A stretch of 9,497 nucleotides of DNA, from NCBI GenBank assembly GCA_000388065.2, contig KB932207.1, one strand, 5' to 3'. The notes below the pieces were generated by a model, which saw nothing but the letters and a program-made list of their open reading frames with translations, did not search any database and was not told where the DNA came from. Positions 6,590 to 9,497 of the stretch are shown in pieces (positions within the stretch are counted from its first letter, which is position 1; every line of letters begins with the position of its first letter). The position numbers and the translations under genes are program-made. Source of the DNA: Fonticula alba ATCC 38817. Taxonomy: Eukaryota > Protista > Nucleariida.

Positions 6590-9183
6590 GCGCCCACACG
6601 CCCACACGCATGTCCTGCCTGTGTTTTTGATTTCCTCTCGGCCTCACATCGCTGACCATGCTGTGCCCCCCNNNNNNNNNNNNNNNNNNNNNNNNNNNNN
6701 NNNNNNNNNNNNNNNNNNNNNNNNNNNNNNNNNNNNNNNNNNNNNNNNNNNNNNNNNNNNNNNNNNNNNNNNNNNNNNNNNNNNNNNNNNNNNNNNNNNN
6801 NNNNNNNNNNNNNNNNNNNNNNNNNNNNNNNNNNNNNNNNNNNNNNNNNNNNNNNNNNNNNNNNNNNNNNNNNNNNNNNNNNNNNNNNNNNNNNNNNNNN
6901 NNNNNNNNNNNNNNNNNNNNNNNNNNNNNNNNNNNNNNNNNNNNNNNNNNNNNNNNNNNNNNNNNNNNNNNNNNNNNNNNNNNNNNNNNNNNNNNNNNNN
7001 NNNNNNNNNNNNNNNNNNNNNNNNNNNNNNNNNNNNNNNNNNNNNNNNNNNNNNNNNNNNNNNNNNNNNNNNNNNNNNNNNNNNNNNNNNNNNNNNNNNN
7101 NNNNNNNNNNNNNNNNNNNNNNNNNNNNNNNNNNNNNNNNNNNNNNNNNNNNNNNNNNNNNNNNNNNNNNNNNNNNNNNNNNNNNNNNNNNNNNNNNNNN
7201 NNNNNNNNNNNNNNNNNNNNNNNNNNNNNNNNNNNNNNNNNNNNNNNNNNNNNNNNNNNNNNNNNNNNNNNNNNNNNNNNNNNNNNNNNNNNNNNNNNNN
7301 NNNNNNNNNNNNNNNNNNNNNNNCCCCCCCTGCCTCCCCCCTGCCTCCCCCCTGCCTCCCTTCCCTGCCCCGCCCGCGCGTCGCATGTAGTCCCCCATCC
7401 AGATTCTCCTCTGTCTGGAGAACATCAGCGAAGAGATCGCCCGCGCGGCCGCGCTTGTGCGATCTCGCCCCCGGATGTCGCCGGCACTAGAGCCCGCCGG
7501 GCCCCCCTCGCCGAAGTCGGGTTCCTTCAACTCCGGCAGCACCTCCTCCGACGTCTCGGACACTTCGATCTTCGGATCAAGCTCCTCCAGCACGGACTCT
7601 TCCCTGTCTGCCGGGCATCGGTCGGGCGACCAGCCGTCCTCCCTGCTCTCAACGCGCTCCATCAGCGAGGAGGAGCAGCACCACCCGCCGGCCGGAGGGC
7701 CGGTGGGCTCCCCGGCACACGCGATTGCCACCCAGCCCACGCTGTCTTCGACCGGCAGCCCCCTGGCCGAGGATCTGGACCGGCCGATTTCCACTCCGGC
7801 CGGGCCCCCGGCAGTGGGTCCCCGGTCGACAGTCTCCTCCGACAACGGCGAGCACTACTCAGATGGCGAGGCCAGCTCCGGGGGGGAGAGCTCGCGCTTC
7901 AACACCGATGACGAGGCGAACATCGTGACCGCCGACCAGCTCATGCCGCTGACAACCTACTGCATCATCAAGGCGCGCCTCTTCAACCCCTTCCAGCTCA
8001 TCAACTTCCTCACGGAAAACACCCCGCCGCCCTTCTTCCACGGGAAGACCGGCTACGCGCTGGCCACCTTCGAGAGTGCGTGCCACATGCCCATTGTCCC
8101 CGGTGACGATCACACGCGCGAGCAACAACAAACAACAGCTGCTGACTGCCTGGCCAAATGGCTGCCCTCTTGCTCCCTCCCCCGCCCTCCCCCNNNNNNN
8201 NNNNNNNNNNNNNNNNNNNNNNNNNNNNNNNNNNNNNNNNNNNNNNNNNNNNNNNNNNNNNNNNNNNNNNNNNNNNNNNNNNNNNNNNNNNNNNNNNNNN
8301 NNNNNNNNNNNNNNNNNNNNNNNNNNNNNNNNNNNNNNNNNNNNNNNNNNNNNNNNNNNNNNNNNNNNNNNNNNNNNNNNNNNNNNNNNNNNNNNNNNCC
8401 CCCCCCCTCCCCCCGCCCTCTCTCTCATCCTATGCATTCGCATGGACAGCCTCTGTGCGGGACATTTTGTTCAACCTCTCGCCCAACTGCGGGCTTAACT
8501 CCCGGCCGACGGTGCAACAGCTAGCCCAGAGCCTGATGGACTCGCACCCGGCCTCCGGCGGTGCTGCCGGCACCGGCCACAGCCTGATCGACTCGCCGCC
8601 CGACTCACCGGTTCGCGCGTCGCTCCGGCTCTTCAGTTCAGACAGCGACACGTCCGATGGGTCTTCCTTCCCGTTTGGCTCATCCTCCGAGGGGTTTTCC
8701 TCGTCGAGCGACGCGTCGGATTGCTCGCCCTCGCCGGGCCCGGGTCGGGGTGCCCCGCTGGCCGGCCTAGCGCCGGTCATCCCCTCGGCTGGCCGGCTGC
8801 CCGAGGACCTCCGCGACTTGGTGCTGGTGCCGGATGCGGAGATCCAGGCGCAGGCGCAAGCGCAGGAGCAGCAGCAGGAGCAGCAGCAGCCGGAAGGGCC
8901 TCCCCCGGCTGCGGGCCCCGGTCCACACTCGCCGTCGCTCGTGACCAAGCTTTTTACCGAGGAGCTCCCTCTGTCGCCGAAGCACCATGCCCCAAGCACT
9001 GTCCAGTCGCATAAGGACCTCGCAGGCGAGGCGATCCTGGCCTCATCAGCTGACAGTGGTGGCGGCCGGATCGCTGCCAGCGCCGCCGGGGCCAGCCGCT
9101 CCCCGCTCGGCCTCGAGTCGTCGGCCTCTCCCTCGACCGAGGCTCTGACAGACGCCGACTCCAAGTCACATCTGCTGGCCTAG
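3214..9183 (+). CDS. Multi-exon gene for a VPS9-domain Rab5-family GEF with an N-terminal CUE-like domain; join(3214..4479,4618..4982,5213..5408,5600..5707,5879..5972,6050..6135,6320..6487,gap,7391..8075,8450..9183)
   Basis: ATG in a Kozak-like context (GCACCATGG). Eight GT..AG introns have compatible phases (0,2,0,0,1,0,0,1) and YTRAC branch-like motifs. The spliced translation gives VPS9 hallmarks: SPIQILLCLENISEEI...TADQLMPLTTYCIIKA...GKTGYALATFETSVRDIL, compared from memory with the Rabex-5 pattern PxDKLxC...ADDFLP..Y...GYYFTNL..AV.FI. The N-terminus has MFPDVDPEVVDSV...IVDSLL (CUE pattern). Stop is TAG at 9181-9183. Orthology is unresolved, so no symbol is given. Confidence 0.9.
3262..3429 (+). 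other. CUE-like ubiquitin-binding domain (residues ~17-72)
   Basis: IRGMFPDVDPEVVDSVC...IINSIVDSLLGIS contains the CUE MFP motif (3295-3303) and a C-terminal di-Leu (3415-3420). Recognised by eye, not by HMM. Confidence 0.7.
4618..4982 (+). CDS. Exon 2 (TSDLATL...IQCRQK, helical region)
   Basis: Acceptor GGCAG at 4617 follows CTAAC (4594-4598) and a pyrimidine tract; donor GTGCGT at 4983, phase 2. Confidence 0.85.
5029..5050. repeat. (CCTG)5 in intron 2
   Basis: Read directly. Confidence 0.85.
5213..5408 (+). CDS. Exon 3 (F-HSIISYHLQ...ALLRRQK)
   Basis: AAG acceptor at 5212 is the first AG in the intron; TT+C restores the frame; donor AAG|GTACCT at 5409, phase 0. Confidence 0.8.
5506..5531. 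repeat. (CA)8(CG)5 in intron 3
   Basis: Read directly. Confidence 0.9.
5600..5707 (+). CDS. Exon 4 (AAEKAKADAQERYDNV...LLSAILED, coiled-coil-like)
   Basis: Acceptor TCCCAG at 5599 follows a long pyrimidine tract; donor GTACGT at 5708; 36 codons. Confidence 0.85.
5879..5972 (+). CDS. Exon 5 (SIESRSSYEH...MESPL-G)
   Basis: Acceptor GTGCAG at 5878 is in frame; donor GTGCGC at 5973, phase 1. Confidence 0.8.
6050..6135 (+). CDS. Exon 6 (G-RHYNQNIEALAQ...VINFMD)
   Basis: Acceptor CCCCAG at 6049 follows CTGAC (6023-6027); donor GTATGT at 6136, phase 0. Confidence 0.85.
6320..6487 (+). CDS. Exon 7 (NFTISLARYF...ELHLPLWHN; helical bundle preceding VPS9)
   Basis: Acceptor TTCAG at 6319 follows CTGAC (6276-6280); donor GTGCGT at 6488; 56 codons. 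Confidence 0.85.
6509..6592. repeat. (CA)33(CG)9 microsatellite in intron 7
   Basis: Read directly. Confidence 0.95.
6672..7323. other. Assembly gap of 652 N (others: 1099-1273, 3045-3178, 8194-8398)
   Basis: N runs; three of the four are bordered by C-rich or poly-C sequence. Confidence 0.99.
7325..7360. repeat. (CCCCCCTGCCT)3 at the right edge of the large gap
   Basis: Read directly; may continue into the gap. Confidence 0.75.
7391..8075 (+). CDS. Exon 8: VPS9 domain core with a large low-complexity insertion
   Basis: Acceptor TGTAG at 7390 gives SPIQILLCLENISEEI in frame with ADQLMP (7931-7948) and GYALATFE; donor GTGCGT at 8076, phase 1. Confidence 0.85.
8450..9183 (+). CDS. Exon 9: last VPS9 helix (T-SVRDILFNL) and disordered Ser/Pro/Gln-rich tail to the stop
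   Basis: Acceptor GACAG at 8449; A+CC=Thr joins FE to TSVRDIL, completing the VPS9 C-terminal helix pattern; TAG at 9181-9183. Confidence 0.85.
8845..8889 (+). repeat. Coding CAG/GCG-rich repeat encoding QAQAQAQEQQQEQQQ
   Basis: Read directly, in exon 9. Confidence 0.8.
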
Positions 9184-9395
9184 CGCAGGCCACCGTCCGG
9201 ACGCCCGGTCACCCCCCCCCCCCCCCCCCGCCCACCCCTCTTCAAGAAGGAGGAGGGGATGTAAATACACCTGTCACCACCACCACCGACTGCGCCGTTG
9301 TTGGCAATGTGCCAGCGCCAAACAAAAAAGCCACACACGGAATGGGTGGGTGGATGACGAGAAAAGGGCATCCAGTGAGGCATGGTAGGGAGGAA

Positions 9396-9401
9396 AATAA
9401 A
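9396..9401 (+). terminator. Possible AATAAA polyadenylation signal
   Basis: AATAAA lies ~210 nt after the stop codon; whether this organism uses AATAAA is unknown. Confidence 0.3.
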
Positions 9402-9473
9402 ACACCATCGGGAGGGGCAAAAGGGCCAAAGCAGATGTCTAATATCACTGGTGTGGGAGTCCGGCCGGATGCA

Positions 9474-9497
9474 CGCGCGCGCGCACACACACACACA
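9474..9497. repeat. (CG)5(CA)7+ running off the window end
   Basis: Read directly. Confidence 0.9.

Larger units (their letters stand above)
4594..8146 (+). promoter_or_regulatory. Candidate branch-point motifs, one per intron: CTAAC 4594, CTGAC 5077, CTAAC 5498, CTGAC 5834, CTGAC 6023, CTGAC 6276, CTGAC 6652, CTGAC 8142
   Basis: A YTRAC match is present in all eight predicted introns; actual use is inferred. Confidence 0.55.

Noticed and set aside
8076-8193. Read-through of exon 8 (SACHMPIVPGDD...) as coding
   Set aside because: The GTGCGT donor at 8076 spliced to 8450 gives a better VPS9 terminal helix (FETSVRDIL); read-through runs into CAA repeats and poly-C.
8194-8398. Hidden exon in the last gap
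   Set aside because: The phase-1 junction and VPS9 motif continue seamlessly across the intron, although CTGAC at 8142 means it cannot be fully excluded.
1-9497. tRNA, rRNA, CRISPR array, mobile element or prokaryotic operon
   Set aside because: No cloverleaf, rRNA signature, repeat-spacer array or transposase/RT motif was seen; the sequence is a spliced eukaryotic locus.

Overview
GC-rich eukaryotic draft-genome window with four N-gaps; the taxon cannot be fixed from sequence alone (intron-rich, GC-rich, protist- or alga-like). It is dominated by one + strand spliced gene reconstructed by hand: join(3214..4479,4618..4982,5213..5408,5600..5707,5879..5972,6050..6135,6320..6487,[probable missing exon(s) in gap 6672-7323],7391..8075,8450..9183). 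That is 3702 visible coding nt (1233 aa plus stop) with all splice phases compatible. The product is a VPS9-domain (Rab5-family) guanine-nucleotide exchange factor with an N-terminal CUE-like ubiquitin-binding domain, a long disordered linker containing an LLxxFDPLS motif, a helical/coiled-coil middle region, a VPS9 domain split by a ~150-aa Ser/Pro-rich insertion, and a disordered tail. The upstream 3.2 kb has no gene I can support; it holds microsatellites, poly-C/G tracts and a cluster of four CCAATC boxes. I see no prokaryotic system, mobile element, CRISPR array or RNA gene. The most notable points are the protein architecture and a splice-donor signature (GTRYGT, never A at +4).
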